A stretch of DNA of 64,000 nucleotides from Candidatus Bathyarchaeia archaeon (GCA_050015395.1 JBEKBM010000004.1:63265-127264), one strand, 5' to 3'. Shown: positions 1 through 9,860, numbered from the stretch's first letter. The notes: a model not told the origin generated them from the letters alone. Numbers and translations: made by a program.

Positions 1-114
1 TCCGATAATGACAAATAATGTGAGGAAATAGAGAAATTTCATTCTTTGTTTCTTTCTTTCTTCATAACGCTTGTATGCCTTTTCCATGTTCATGCTATTC
101 TACGCTAATTAGTT

Positions 115-1272
115 TTAAGTTTTTGCATCGCTTGCTTTACCATCGATTTTTTTGCAACGTAGAACACGCCCTTGATACGCTTCTCTCCGACATTTTATTA
201 ATAATACAATGCCTTTTTTCTCATAATGAATAGCGTCATGAAGAGCTTTTTGTAAATCAACAATTGAACCCAACCATTTAGTATTGAATCCTGAGATAGG
301 TCTCTTTTCTAGATGGTTTACTTCAATCGCTACAATGTCAGCCTTTTGGTCGAAACCTCTTTTGATATGCGCTGAAATGTCTTCAATAATCGAATTCTCT
401 TCAGGGAGAATTAACATGCCGTTATTCATGTCAGCTTGCTTTCTAGGATTAACAAATTTAAGTTTAGGTTTTTTCACTTCGACCCTTTTGTTTTCTATAA
501 GTAAATCAGGGGATTTTGAAATTATCACTTTGAATCCTTTGTTTTTCGCAAATAAGGCAAGTCTACTTTCGGCAGATAAGTTGGCAAGCTCCTGTCTTAT
601 TTTTCTGATTCGTAAAAAAGCTGTCTTTGTTACTCTACTACTAGTGTGAAATTTCTCATTTTTAATTAATTTTTGATAAGCTTCCATGTTTCCCTTTATT
701 TTTTCATCCTTAATTTCTAACAATTTAGATTTTACATCAACGTTCAATGAATCAAGTGTATGTAAATCAGTAATGAGTGAAAGGATGTTAACCAAATGCG
801 ATTCTCTAAAGTCAGTGGTGAAAGGATTCCAGTTATACTTTAGAAAATCCCATGCAGTTTCAGCTTCTATCGTCAGCCAGTAGTCATCGTTTGATTCTGT
901 CTTGGCATTGAACCAATTCCAAGCCTCTATAATTTTTTCAGGTGTGTTTGCAAAATAGTAATCTGCATCATAATAGAAACCGCCTAATCCAATTAGGTTA
1001 CCGATTCTTTTTAGTCCTGCATCCCCAAAATCAATATCAAAATTGCCAGTCTTTGTGTCAAATACAATCATTTCAGGTAAGTAGCATGCACAGTAGATTT
1101 TACCATTGTCTAACTTTTGTTCCCACGGTTGTGCCTCACTAAACTTTTTGATATTTTTTATTGTCATCTCATTCATGGTTGGCAAAACAGATTCATAACA
1201 TACTTCACAAAAACCATCCAACGCCTCAAAAGTTTCTGAGGGAATTATTTTTTTGCATATTTTACACTCCAT
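115..1272 (-). CDS. Hypothetical protein: N-terminal CxxC..CxxC zinc finger, C-terminal PD-(D/E)xK-like nuclease motif
   Basis: MECKIC...FCEVC at the N-terminus; SPDLLIENKRVEVKK near the C-terminus; AT-rich coding sequence. Confidence 0.55.
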   Translation of the reverse strand: MECKICKKIIPSETFEALDGFCEVCYESVLPTMNEMTIKNIKKFSEAQPWEQKLDNGKIYCACYLPEMIVFDTKTGNFDIDFGDAGLKRIGNLIGLGGFYYDADYYFANTPEKIIEAWNWFNAKTESNDDYWLTIEAETAWDFLKYNWNPFTTDFRESHLVNILSLITDLHTLDSLNVDVKSKLLEIKDEKIKGNMEAYQKLIKNEKFHTSSRVTKTAFLRIRKIRQELANLSAESRLALFAKNKGFKVIISKSPDLLIENKRVEVKKPKLKFVNPRKQADMNNGMLILPEENSIIEDISAHIKRGFDQKADIVAIEVNHLEKRPISGFNTKWLGSIVDLQKALHDAIHYEKKGIVLLIKCRREAYQGRVLRCKKIDGKASDAKT

Positions 1273-1433
1273 GTGCTTTCCCTTGAGAGATCAATATTAA
1301 TTGTTTTGTTTTTAAGTTATGGCTCTTTCGCTTTTTTGCTTATATTTTTTACTTTCGCTTAAGCCTCTACTGTGCTGAAATGTCGTTAGGGCACTTATTT
1401 ATATGGACACCATACGCTAATGTTTTAAGCCCT

Positions 1434-1610
1434 ATGCAAAAGGTTAACTTAGCGCGCCCTTGTGATGCTTGCGGAAAAATGATTGGCACCAGCTTCAAGT
1501 TTTGCCCTAGATGCCAAATTTACTTTTGCAGTGTATGCTGGTTTAGGATGTTGCAGGTTAATGTTGAGTTTTCTTGTCCTATGTGCGGCGGCAAACTTCT
1601 AATTCCCTAA
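1434..1610 (+). CDS. Small 8-Cys zinc-finger (RING-like) protein
   Basis: CDAC-x10-CPRC-x4-CSVC-x12-CPMC; ATG 1434 lies about 30 nt after a TTTATAT box (ORF track starts at 1380). Confidence 0.6.
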   Translation: MQKVNLARPCDACGKMIGTSFKFCPRCQIYFCSVCWFRMLQVNVEFSCPMCGGKLLIP

Positions 1611-1634
1611 TTCTTCTTCCGACGGGGCTGTGGC

Positions 1635-2435
1635 TTAGGGTTTGTGTGCTTCTGCTTCTATGCGCATCATGCCTACGTGAACTGTGCCCTCTGCATCTGC
1701 GGGGTGCTCTTTTAGGTAGCGGTTGACGATTAGTTCAACGAATTTTGGTCTAAGTTCAGCAGGAAGTTTGTCTGTGAAGGGCAGCCATGTGGTCCGTACC
1801 CACCCAGCTAAGCCTTCTGCGCCGTTAAACTTCATGTCTTTGGGGAAAAGCTCAACCCGCTCAGCCTCTAAACCCGCCTGCTGCAGGAACGCTTTGTATT
1901 CTTCGGGGTCGTAGAAGCCATAGGGAAACGTCATGTTGCTGAAAAAGCCCTTCCACGACTCCTCATCCGCCAACTCGTTTATGATGCTGAGTACGTCTTT
2001 GGCGTTGCCTTTTCCAGCCATCTGAAACAGTAGCCTGCCCCTTGGCTTTAGGCTCCTCTGCACGCCCGCGAGCACGGTTTTTTGATCAACAATCCAGTGC
2101 AGCGCAGCATTAGAAAACGCCACGTCAAATTCCGATTTGAAGGTCAGTTTTCGGGCGTCCATGACTTGAAAAGAAAGGTTCGGGTAATCCTTTTGCGGGA
2201 AAGTGGTTTTTGCCAGGTTTATCATTTTTTCTGAGTTGTCAACTCCGACTGCCCTGCCGCTTGGTAGGCATTTTGCTATTTCAACTGTGATTTTTCCGTC
2301 GCCGCAGCCAATGTCCAGTAGCGCTTCGTTTCCGTGGAGTTTTAGTTTGGGAATTAGCTCTTTTGCCCATTGAAACTGGTTTGCGCTGTTTTTGGCGTAG
2401 TCTTGAGCGTTCCAGTTATAACCAGCGTTTGCCAT
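1635..2435 (-). CDS. Class I SAM-dependent methyltransferase (trans-aconitate methyltransferase-like)
   Basis: LLDIGCGDG motif I, FDVAFSNAALHW. Confidence 0.9.
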   Translation of the reverse strand: MANAGYNWNAQDYAKNSANQFQWAKELIPKLKLHGNEALLDIGCGDGKITVEIAKCLPSGRAVGVDNSEKMINLAKTTFPQKDYPNLSFQVMDARKLTFKSEFDVAFSNAALHWIVDQKTVLAGVQRSLKPRGRLLFQMAGKGNAKDVLSIINELADEESWKGFFSNMTFPYGFYDPEEYKAFLQQAGLEAERVELFPKDMKFNGAEGLAGWVRTTWLPFTDKLPAELRPKFVELIVNRYLKEHPADAEGTVHVGMMRIEAEAHKP

Positions 2436-2447
2436 GTTTCCACAGGC

Positions 2448-2999
2448 TTATTTGAATGTTAGTTGTGAGACGGAGTAGTAGACGATTTCGCCTCTGCGGT
2501 TCATGACGGCTAAGGTTAACTCTTTCTTTTGGCTCTGACATTGCCGCAAGGCGTCGGTTAACTCGTCTATGCCCAACGGTTTGCCTTCTTGAGTGCTCAA
2601 CACCAAGTAAGGCGCGGTATCCTTGCCGTATTCACCCCGCTCGTACATGCGAAAATCTATTCCTGCGCCGAACCCTTCCCGTGCTACGTATCCGCGGCTT
2701 CTTAGGTCACGGTAAACCAGATAGCTAACCCACGCGTTCTCGTTTTTGGCTTTATAGCAGTGCAGTAGGCTTTGGAAATCCACCGCTTTGCCGTTTTCGT
2801 CTTTGACTTCAAGCATGCCCTTATCCACAAGGTACAATGATTCAAAAAAGGTAAGCGTGAAAACCTTGTCCTCTAACGTGCCATATCCCCGTGAAGTAAG
2901 CGCGTCAATGCTGCTTTGGTCACCTACCACAACCCCTTTCTGTGCAAGTGTGCCGTTGGTTCTGAATTCTGGAGGCTGCGCCTTTTTGGATTCGCTCAT
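2448..2999 (-). CDS. endA: tRNA-intron endonuclease subunit (probably the structural subunit)
   Basis: ESLYL, YLVYRDLRSRGYV, DFRMY, IVYY motifs. Confidence 0.85.
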   Translation of the reverse strand: MSESKKAQPPEFRTNGTLAQKGVVVGDQSSIDALTSRGYGTLEDKVFTLTFFESLYLVDKGMLEVKDENGKAVDFQSLLHCYKAKNENAWVSYLVYRDLRSRGYVAREGFGAGIDFRMYERGEYGKDTAPYLVLSTQEGKPLGIDELTDALRQCQSQKKELTLAVMNRRGEIVYYSVSQLTFK

Positions 3000-4042
3000 T
3001 TTGCTCTTTTTCCTTCATCCCTGAACTTACTAAAATCCTTACTGTAGTAAACTTGAGTCTCGCATATGATTGCTGACACATATTTCAGTGGCGTGATGTC
3101 GAATGCTGGGTTCATAACGTTGACGCCGTCTGGCGCAATTTGAACTGAACCGATGTGGGTGACTTCTTCAGGTTTGCGCTCTTCAATAATCACGTCTGAT
3201 GCTTTGTGTGCCAAGTCGAAGGTGGATTTTGGCGCCGCCACATAAAACGGTATGCCATGCTCATGCGCCAGCACTGCCACGGAAAAAGTGCCAATCTTGT
3301 TAACTACAGCGTCTTGGACAATGCGGTCGGCGCCCACAATAACCTTGTCAACAAGCCCTTTGCTCATGACGTAACCTGCCATGTTATCCGTTATCAAAGT
3401 AACAGGTATCCCATCGCGCTTAAGCTCATAAACCGTAAGCCTAGCACCCTGAAGCAGCGGCCTAGTTTCGTCAGCGATAACTTTGATTTTTTTGCCTTGC
3501 TCCCAAGCCGCACGGATAACACCCAAAGCAGTACCGTACTCGACGGTTGCTAACTCGCCTGCGTTGCAATGCGTTAAAATGGTGTCGCCGTCCTCTATGA
3601 GTACTGAACCGTTTTTGCCGATTGCACGGTTCTGCTGCGCATCTTCATCCGCTATTTCTTGTGCTTCCTCGATAACTGCTACTTTCAGTTCTTCCACGTT
3701 TCCTGAAAAACCTCTGGCTTTGTTTAGGACTCTGTCTACACCCCAAAACAGGTTCACGGCTGTTGGCCGCTGACGTTTAATAATTGAGCCAGCGTTCTCC
3801 AGTTCAACCAACAATTTTTCTTTACTCTGCGCTTTTGAATGGTAAGCTGCCAGTGCAACTCCGAATCCTGCAGCCGCACCCAGCAATGGGGCGCCTCTGA
3901 CACGCAGGGTTTTTATGGCTTCAGCCATCTGCTCAACCGTCTTAATTTCTAAGGTAACTTCTTGAAGGGGAAGTTTGGTTTGGTCAAGTGTGATAACCGT
4001 TCCGTTGCGCCACTGTATCATCCGCATTTTCATGTGCCTCAA
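2996..4042 (-). CDS. mtnA: S-methyl-5-thioribose-1-phosphate isomerase (eIF-2B family)
   Basis: RVRGAP, RPTAVNL, HCNAGELAT, ETRPLLQGARLT, NPAFDITP. Confidence 0.9.
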   Translation of the reverse strand: MRHMKMRMIQWRNGTVITLDQTKLPLQEVTLEIKTVEQMAEAIKTLRVRGAPLLGAAAGFGVALAAYHSKAQSKEKLLVELENAGSIIKRQRPTAVNLFWGVDRVLNKARGFSGNVEELKVAVIEEAQEIADEDAQQNRAIGKNGSVLIEDGDTILTHCNAGELATVEYGTALGVIRAAWEQGKKIKVIADETRPLLQGARLTVYELKRDGIPVTLITDNMAGYVMSKGLVDKVIVGADRIVQDAVVNKIGTFSVAVLAHEHGIPFYVAAPKSTFDLAHKASDVIIEERKPEEVTHIGSVQIAPDGVNVMNPAFDITPLKYVSAIICETQVYYSKDFSKFRDEGKRAK

Positions 4043-4251
4043 ACTGGTTGTATACTGCTTAGTTGAGAACGGTTCTGTTTAAGATTTCGGAAAAAAAAAA
4101 TTAGTTAAACCCAGCCTTTATTGCCAAAGTGACGTATAACCATGAACTTGAGTGACTAGTACCAACATATATGCGTGACAGCACAGAACAGTCAAAAACA
4201 AACCCTATTCAACAAAAACAACTTGAAACACACGCTGAGGACACCAAAAAA

Positions 4252-4641
4252 TCAATATTTAATCCGCTGTATTAAGTCGAATAGGTTGCCGTAAAGGTCT
4301 TCAAAAACAACTTCAATGCCCCAAGCTTGCTCTGTTGGTTCCCCATGAAATTTTACTCCTTTAGCCTTCATTGCATTGTAGTCTCTGCGGCAATCATCAG
4401 TCTCCAAAGTTAGAAACACGTGGTCTCCCGCCTGCTTCCCCAAAGCTTTAAGCTTGTCTTCTGTGTCTGCCTTGACAAAGGTTAATTCAAGGTCCGGCTG
4501 GTCTTTTGGCGAAACAGTAACCCACCGCATGTCGCCCCAAAAAACGGTGTCCTCCCGCTTTTGGAATCCTAGTTTTTGAACGTAAAAATTTGCTGCTTCA
4601 TCTTGGTCTTTGACGAGAAGGGTGATGTGGTCTATCTTCAT
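4252..4641 (-). CDS. VOC family (glyoxalase/bleomycin resistance) protein
   Basis: HITLLVKDQDEAANFY...LG, FEDLYGNLFDL. Confidence 0.9.
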   Translation of the reverse strand: MKIDHITLLVKDQDEAANFYVQKLGFQKREDTVFWGDMRWVTVSPKDQPDLELTFVKADTEDKLKALGKQAGDHVFLTLETDDCRRDYNAMKAKGVKFHGEPTEQAWGIEVVFEDLYGNLFDLIQRIKY

Positions 4642-4701
4642 TTTGCTTTCTACAAAATAAATTGGGAAACGGAAAAGAAAAATGTTATCCTAAGCTTGAG
4701 C

Positions 4702-5478
4702 TTAGGCAGAGTTGTCAAAGGGCGATTTTAGGTGGGTAACAACTTCCACTGGGGAGTCTTCGCCTGATTTTAGGCGTTTCTTCCATTCCTCTCCGACGGC
4801 GATAAGCGAGAAGATGCCTGAAACTTCAGCTTTCGACTTCTTTACAAGGGTTACGAGTGCTTCTTGTGTTTCGCCGCTTTTAATCATGTCATCTACAATT
4901 AGTACGCTGTCGCGTTTTTTGATTGCTTCTTTAGGAATGTAGAGTGTAACGGTTACGCCTGAATCTCTCCCTAAAATGTATGTTTCGTCTAGGAAGGCTT
5001 TAACGCCGACTTCCTTGTTGCGCTTTGCAACGATAAGGTTTACTCCTAACGCGTTGGCAACCATGGTGGCTAAGGGAATGCCGTCAACGGCTGCTGTTAA
5101 AACTTTTGTAACTCGTTTTCCAGCAAAATTTGCAAGTGCATGGTTTGCCGCTTGCTGCAAAATGTTGTAGTCGCCGACAATTTCAGTATTATCAAAATAG
5201 CCGGCTTCGTCAAATTTTATTCTGCTGCGCAATTCTGCTTCTAAACCAACAATCTTGTTTAGAACTCGCCAAAGCTGCTTGGCTCTTAATGTGTTTGGCA
5301 GCACGTGCCCTTTTGCGTAGCGGCTCAGTACGGTGACTGGTAAATCGGTTTTTGCGGCTAATTCCCGGTAAGTGATATTCCGCTTGTATTTCGCTGTTCT
5401 TAACAGTTCGATTGTCATTAAGCGGAGTTTCAAATCTTCTGCGTGAGTGCTCAATTTTACCTTATCCCCTTTTTTCAC
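4702..5478 (-). CDS. HTH + phosphoribosyltransferase domain protein (PurR-like regulator)
   Basis: TYRELAAKTDLPVTVLSRY HTH; VLIVDDMIKSGET PRPP-binding loop. Confidence 0.85.
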   Translation of the reverse strand: MKKGDKVKLSTHAEDLKLRLMTIELLRTAKYKRNITYRELAAKTDLPVTVLSRYAKGHVLPNTLRAKQLWRVLNKIVGLEAELRSRIKFDEAGYFDNTEIVGDYNILQQAANHALANFAGKRVTKVLTAAVDGIPLATMVANALGVNLIVAKRNKEVGVKAFLDETYILGRDSGVTVTLYIPKEAIKKRDSVLIVDDMIKSGETQEALVTLVKKSKAEVSGIFSLIAVGEEWKKRLKSGEDSPVEVVTHLKSPFDNSA

Positions 5479-5597
5479 ACTTATAAGTCAAATATAAGAT
5501 GTTTATTTAATATTGTATCTTGCAGATTTATGCTTTTCTGTTTAAATAAATCAATGTCCAAGCATTAAAGTCTTAACAATCTGACTCAACGATACTG

Positions 5598-6197
5598 TTG
5601 TACATTAAACTTTTTAGACAGCAACGCGAACTCCTATATCAAAGGGGGCATATGACGCAGAAGACTAAACGATTATTCATTACTGCACTCTTCGGCTCAA
5701 TAATCTTTGTCGTCAACGTTTTTTTGCCGCCCCCAATAAATTACCTCTTAATTGTGGTTCAAGCGGTTCTTCTTGCTTTGAGCGGATTATTCATTAAAGC
5801 AGGCGCCTCCTACGTAGGAGCAGTTGGGGGCCTATTAACCGCGCTGGGAAGTCCCGCGTTGGGTCCATTTACCTTTTTGTTTTCCTTTCTCTTCGGCGTT
5901 TTAGTCGATAGCTTCTTGTTTATTTTCAGAATCACAGCTTCCCCCGAACGCGTAAACCGCAACAGGCTAATGGCTGCGATGGCTTTCAGCACAATGCTGA
6001 TTGGCTTAATTAGCTATTCAGCGTTTGCTCTTTTTCCACACTTTATTCCCTTTGCGAAAGAGTGGGCTGGCTTATTTATTCAAAGAAGCACCATGCTAGA
6101 TGCGCTTGTATTATTCATGGGTCCAGCTACCGGCATAGTGGCTGGTTATGCTGCAGCCTATTTGTGGAATAAGTACTTGCGAAACATCCGCATCTAA
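5598..6197 (+). CDS. Integral membrane protein (ECF S-component-like); likely start ATG 5652
   Basis: Five to six hydrophobic helices; AAAGGGGG precedes ATG 5652. Confidence 0.6.
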   Translation: MYIKLFRQQRELLYQRGHMTQKTKRLFITALFGSIIFVVNVFLPPPINYLLIVVQAVLLALSGLFIKAGASYVGAVGGLLTALGSPALGPFTFLFSFLFGVLVDSFLFIFRITASPERVNRNRLMAAMAFSTMLIGLISYSAFALFPHFIPFAKEWAGLFIQRSTMLDALVLFMGPATGIVAGYAAAYLWNKYLRNIRI

Positions 6198-6463
6198 AGC
6201 AGTAACTGTTTGATTTTTTCATCAACCAATTTAGCAATCATCAGATTGGAAACAAAAACGCATTTGACACCGGTTAATTCAGCGAGTTCAGCCGGCTTTT
6301 GATCCTGTGTTACAAGAATCAAGTTGTTTTTACCCGCGTATTCCACGATGTCACGGTCTTTAGCGCTCTTTAAACCCGCTTCCTGAGCGGTTAAAACTTC
6401 GTAACCTAAAGCTTCAAAGTACTCTTTTAAACCAGCATACATTTCATCTAACAGAATCTTCAT
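6194..6463 (-). CDS. DUF5615 PIN-like (Mut7-C N-terminal-like) protein
   Basis: MKILLDEM...D.DI..YA...LILVTQD pattern. Confidence 0.8.
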   Translation of the reverse strand: MKILLDEMYAGLKEYFEALGYEVLTAQEAGLKSAKDRDIVEYAGKNNLILVTQDQKPAELAELTGVKCVFVSNLMIAKLVDEKIKQLLL

Positions 6464-6524
6464 TTGGGTTCGCTAATCTACTTTTGCAGTTAAATTATTT
6501 GAGCTTTTACCTTTAGGCTTAAAT

Positions 6525-6641
6525 TTAATCTATGAGGAGTAATGCGAACGATTCGGGATTCTTTGCAAACGGAAAACTGACCTGGATTCCAGCGTTACTT
6601 GCGGTTTTTCTTAATTTTTCAGCGCCTGTTTGAGATGACAT
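6525..6641 (-). CDS. Putative 38-aa small protein
   Basis: MSSQTGAEKLRKTASNAGIQVSFPFAKNPESFALLLID*, preceded by SD-like GTGAG; below the ORF-track cutoff. Confidence 0.3.
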   Translation of the reverse strand: MSSQTGAEKLRKTASNAGIQVSFPFAKNPESFALLLID

Positions 6642-6810
6642 TTATTTCTCACTAACCTTTTTGCGGGAGGGTTTCTTTTGATATAAACATTTAGCGGAAC
6701 CGTTGAGAAACCTTGTTAAAAAGCGTCAGCAGTTAAGCAGTTAATTGAATAGTTGGCGTTTTTATAGACTAGCAAGCACAAGGGTAATATAGAGATTCAT
6801 TAAATCATCT

Positions 6811-7986
6811 TTGACTGAAGGTGCCGTTGTCGTTAAAAGCAAGATCAGCAGCATCGGATACGTCAACAAAATCCAAGAAAACATTTTAAACATCAAACGA
6901 AAGGAACTCTCACCGTTATTTAATGAACTGAAAGCGGCTGACTGCGTAATCTGCGGAGGATCAGGCAGGTCACTCTACTCGTTGAATGCTGCCTTGAGCC
7001 AAATTGCACTCAGCCAAGAGGGCTGGAGAAACAAGGTTGTTTTAACTCCTGATGATCCGGGTTTTCCAGGCAAAAGCATGTATGATGCAGCAGCTGACCT
7101 TTCAAGGCGTTACAAGAAAACCTTGCTTTTGATAAATTCTGGCAGCGGTTATTCTGATGATCCGTTAGTTATGGCTCAAGAATTAGCCAAGTACATTGAA
7201 GAAAAGAAATCAAACAGGTTTTCAATGGGTCTTTTAACGTCCACTGTTGAGTCGCCTTTGGGGGAAATAGTTGGTAAGTATGGTCACGTGGTTGAGCTTA
7301 AGGGACGTGGCAAATCCAAGCCAGGCACTGAGTACAGCGAAACAGGCATGATGGGCGACATATTCGAGTTAGGCACACTTGAACTGTTAAACAGCATGAT
7401 TGAAGCTGTCTTTCGGAACCTTGAGGTTGATGATGTCTTTCAGCTTTGCACTGAAGAATTTGAAAAAATCGGCGATATGATAGACTCCAACGTTAACTCT
7501 GAAACCTACACGCAACTCGTCGATATACTTGAAAAACGAACAAACGTGTTCCTGGGCGGAAAAGGCACCGCAAACGAAATCGCCAAAATGACAGGCGTAA
7601 GACTCTTCCACATCAAAAGCTTCCTAGGCGACAACGTCTACATAACAAGAGGCGTTAACACTCCGCATCCAAGAGCAGGCGACCTCGAAATCCTACTATC
7701 ATACTCAGGCGAAACAAGACCCGTCATCATCTGGGCTGACGTAATCAAAAAGTTCGCTGGAACCGTATTTGCAATAACAAGCTCACCAGAATCAACCCTA
7801 GCAAAGAAAGCAGACCTAAAAATCATCCTGCCAGAAGAAGCCAAGCCAATGACGCCAAGACGCTTCTACACTCGAGCAGCCTACGTTTTAAGCCCAATTC
7901 CAGTTAAGCTAGCTGAAAGGCTTGGCCAAAGAGGACTGAATCTTCCTGAATACATAATCAGCTGGTATCACTCCGTAACACAATAA
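6811..7986 (+). CDS. Tandem SIS-domain sugar-phosphate isomerase (6-phospho-3-hexuloisomerase-like)
   Basis: ICGGSGRS / INSGSG and FLGGKGTA / GDLEILLSYSGET: two SIS modules. Confidence 0.8.
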   Translation: MTEGAVVVKSKISSIGYVNKIQENILNIKRKELSPLFNELKAADCVICGGSGRSLYSLNAALSQIALSQEGWRNKVVLTPDDPGFPGKSMYDAAADLSRRYKKTLLLINSGSGYSDDPLVMAQELAKYIEEKKSNRFSMGLLTSTVESPLGEIVGKYGHVVELKGRGKSKPGTEYSETGMMGDIFELGTLELLNSMIEAVFRNLEVDDVFQLCTEEFEKIGDMIDSNVNSETYTQLVDILEKRTNVFLGGKGTANEIAKMTGVRLFHIKSFLGDNVYITRGVNTPHPRAGDLEILLSYSGETRPVIIWADVIKKFAGTVFAITSSPESTLAKKADLKIILPEEAKPMTPRRFYTRAAYVLSPIPVKLAERLGQRGLNLPEYIISWYHSVTQ

Positions 7987-7989
7987 AAC

Positions 7990-8180
7990 TGCATACAAAG
8001 GCTTCATAGGCTAAATTCCAGAACTTTATCAGTAAAACTAGCCAAACTATCGGAAAATGGGGTAATCCACAAGACAGTGGAGAACGTCTCTCCACCATGA
8101 CACATTATTCGCTGATCGAAAAAGGCATAGACCTAGTCATTGCATTCAAAGCCATGGTTGATTGGGAACTTAAAGTGGTG
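7990..8180 (+). pseudogene. HxlR-family winged-helix regulator remnant (5' truncated, frameshifted)
   Basis: LNSRTLSVKLAKLSENGVIHKTVENVSPP*, then in another frame THYSLIEKGIDLVIAFKAMVDW. Confidence 0.6.
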
Positions 8181-8360
8181 CCATCACCGAAAGGAAAATT
8201 GATCGCGATTACAACGGCAATGATATCTTCAGAAAACGCAAATAGCTCTTATCTCCCAGATGACTGAGGTTTAGCGAAATTGATGTTAAATGAAGTTTGG
8301 CTCTATTTTCTTAAAAGAAGGCGCTGCAATCAGCGGTTGTTAAAAACGTAATTGCTATTT

Positions 8361-8548
8361 TTATGGTACAGGTCCTGTGGGGTAACGTCCCATCGCATCG
8401 AGTATTTCTTCGCTGATTGTCCTTTTTCCCACATTTCGAACAAAATCTGAAGCAACCACAATTTCAACCAGCTTATTCTGCTTCAAAACGGGCAGTCGCC
8501 TTATCCTATTACTGGACATCAGCCTCGCTGCCTCTTTAAGGGAGACAC
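8361..8548 (-). pseudogene. C-terminal remnant of a CBS-domain protein
   Basis: SLKEAARLMSSNRIRRLPVLKQNKLVEIVVASDFVR; the upstream part of the ORF is unrelated GC-rich DNA. Confidence 0.65.
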
Positions 8549-8549
8549 T

Positions 8550-8665
8550 CTGAAGGGGGAACAAGGTGGAGGTCATCAAGGGGGGTCGCAGAGCTGACAG
8601 GGCCGAACAAGGTCGCCGTGAAGACCGAGGCGGGGACAGAGGAGATCCAGGCCAAAAACGTGGTG
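8550..8665 (+). pseudogene. GC-rich internal fragment of a dihydrolipoamide dehydrogenase-like gene
   Basis: Removing one G from each of two G-runs gives LKGNKVEVIKGVAELTGPNKVAVKTEAGTEEIQAKNVV, the segment preceding IATGS in LpdA. Confidence 0.55.
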
Positions 8666-8817
8666 GCATTGGCGCTCGTGGAGAGGAGGAACACATACTA
8701 GGCTCGTTAGGTCGAGTCATTCATTACGGCACAAAGTTGAGGGAATGACTATAATACACAGCGTAGTAGATGATTTCAACTGGCACGACAGTCCATGAGA
8801 TGCGGAGAGAAAGATGA

Positions 8818-9603
8818 ATGAGAGCAACAAACCTTCCGAAAAGAAGTGGTTCGTGTCGGATCTGGAAAACTATTCTCGGGTTCGGAGGAGACAAACACGG
8901 CAGGCTGCGCAAATACGGGCACTATCTCTTCGTAATTTCAATACTCATAATATTACTGAGCGTTCTAGCCCTGCTGAACGTATATTTTCATTTAACCAAC
9001 GTATCGTCCTATAATATCAATCAGGAAGGTGTGTCGTCGCCATTTTTGTTAGCGGGTTACCTCGGCATGTTCATTAGCGTCGCCATTTTACCAGTTCCTG
9101 ATTACTTTCTCGTTCCAGCGTATGGTTATCTATCATTGATAGGGATGTTCAATCCATATTACACGTTTCTAGTGTGCCTCGTGGGCGCCGTGTTTCCGAT
9201 AGAGTACGTTTGCGGCAGACTTGCGGCCAGACCCCTACTGTTGAAAGTCCTGTCCCTCCTCCGTATATCCGAGAAGAACATCGAAACGGCAGATAAATGG
9301 TTGGTGGAACACGGCATATTCTCCATTTTCATATCCACCTTCATACCGTTCTTCTACAACGTCACTTCCCTGGCTGCCGGGACACTGAAAATGAATTCGG
9401 TCAGATTCTTTCTATCCAGTTCCGCAGGATTCGGGTTGAGATTCGTATTCCTTGAAGGCGTGGGCTACTACAGCATCTACATCTTCACGGCTTCATTTGA
9501 CTATTCGCAAAGAACTCTCTTCTCTTTGCTCCTGATTTTATCTTCTGTTTACGCGGCTCTTTATCTCGTAAGAACTTTAGCGCGCATGCTTGTTCGAAAT
9601 TAG
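8818..9603 (+). CDS. DedA/VTT-family membrane protein
   Basis: PVPDYFLVPAYGY, FISTFIPF, SLAAGTLKM. Confidence 0.8.
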   Translation: MRATNLPKRSGSCRIWKTILGFGGDKHGRLRKYGHYLFVISILIILLSVLALLNVYFHLTNVSSYNINQEGVSSPFLLAGYLGMFISVAILPVPDYFLVPAYGYLSLIGMFNPYYTFLVCLVGAVFPIEYVCGRLAARPLLLKVLSLLRISEKNIETADKWLVEHGIFSIFISTFIPFFYNVTSLAAGTLKMNSVRFFLSSSAGFGLRFVFLEGVGYYSIYIFTASFDYSQRTLFSLLLILSSVYAALYLVRTLARMLVRN

Positions 9604-9860
9604 TTAGCGAAGTATCTGATGCTTCTCGTTTTGCCAATTTTGTTTGTGTTAACGGCGGCTTGAGCCGTAATCAGCATGATTAGAATGCAGAGTTGAGAAT
9701 GAAACGTTAAATTGACCAAACCTCGCAGATTGTGATCTTTTAAGCCTACCAAGTTCTGATGCTTTCGTAAACAGGCTAATGGAATGTTTCTTCTCGTTCT
9801 CGTTGCCCGAAACCACAATCAATGCAATGGGCAATTCGCTTTTGACGTGACCCCCCTAAA
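9600..9860 (-). mobile_element. Internally deleted DDE (IS4/IS5-like) transposase remnant
   Basis: SELPIALIVVSGNENEKKH joined out of frame to NLVGLKDHNLRGL..LTFHSQLCILIML; both resemble DDE_Tnp_1-type segments (from memory). Confidence 0.5.

Noticed and set aside
3228-3240. TTGGCGCCGCC resembling the att core
   Set aside because: 11 nt inside the mtnA coding sequence, with no T-arm part
8566-8748. 60-aa G/R-rich ORF and the N-terminal half of ORF 8361..8720
   Set aside because: Off-frame and antisense readings of the lpdA-like fragment
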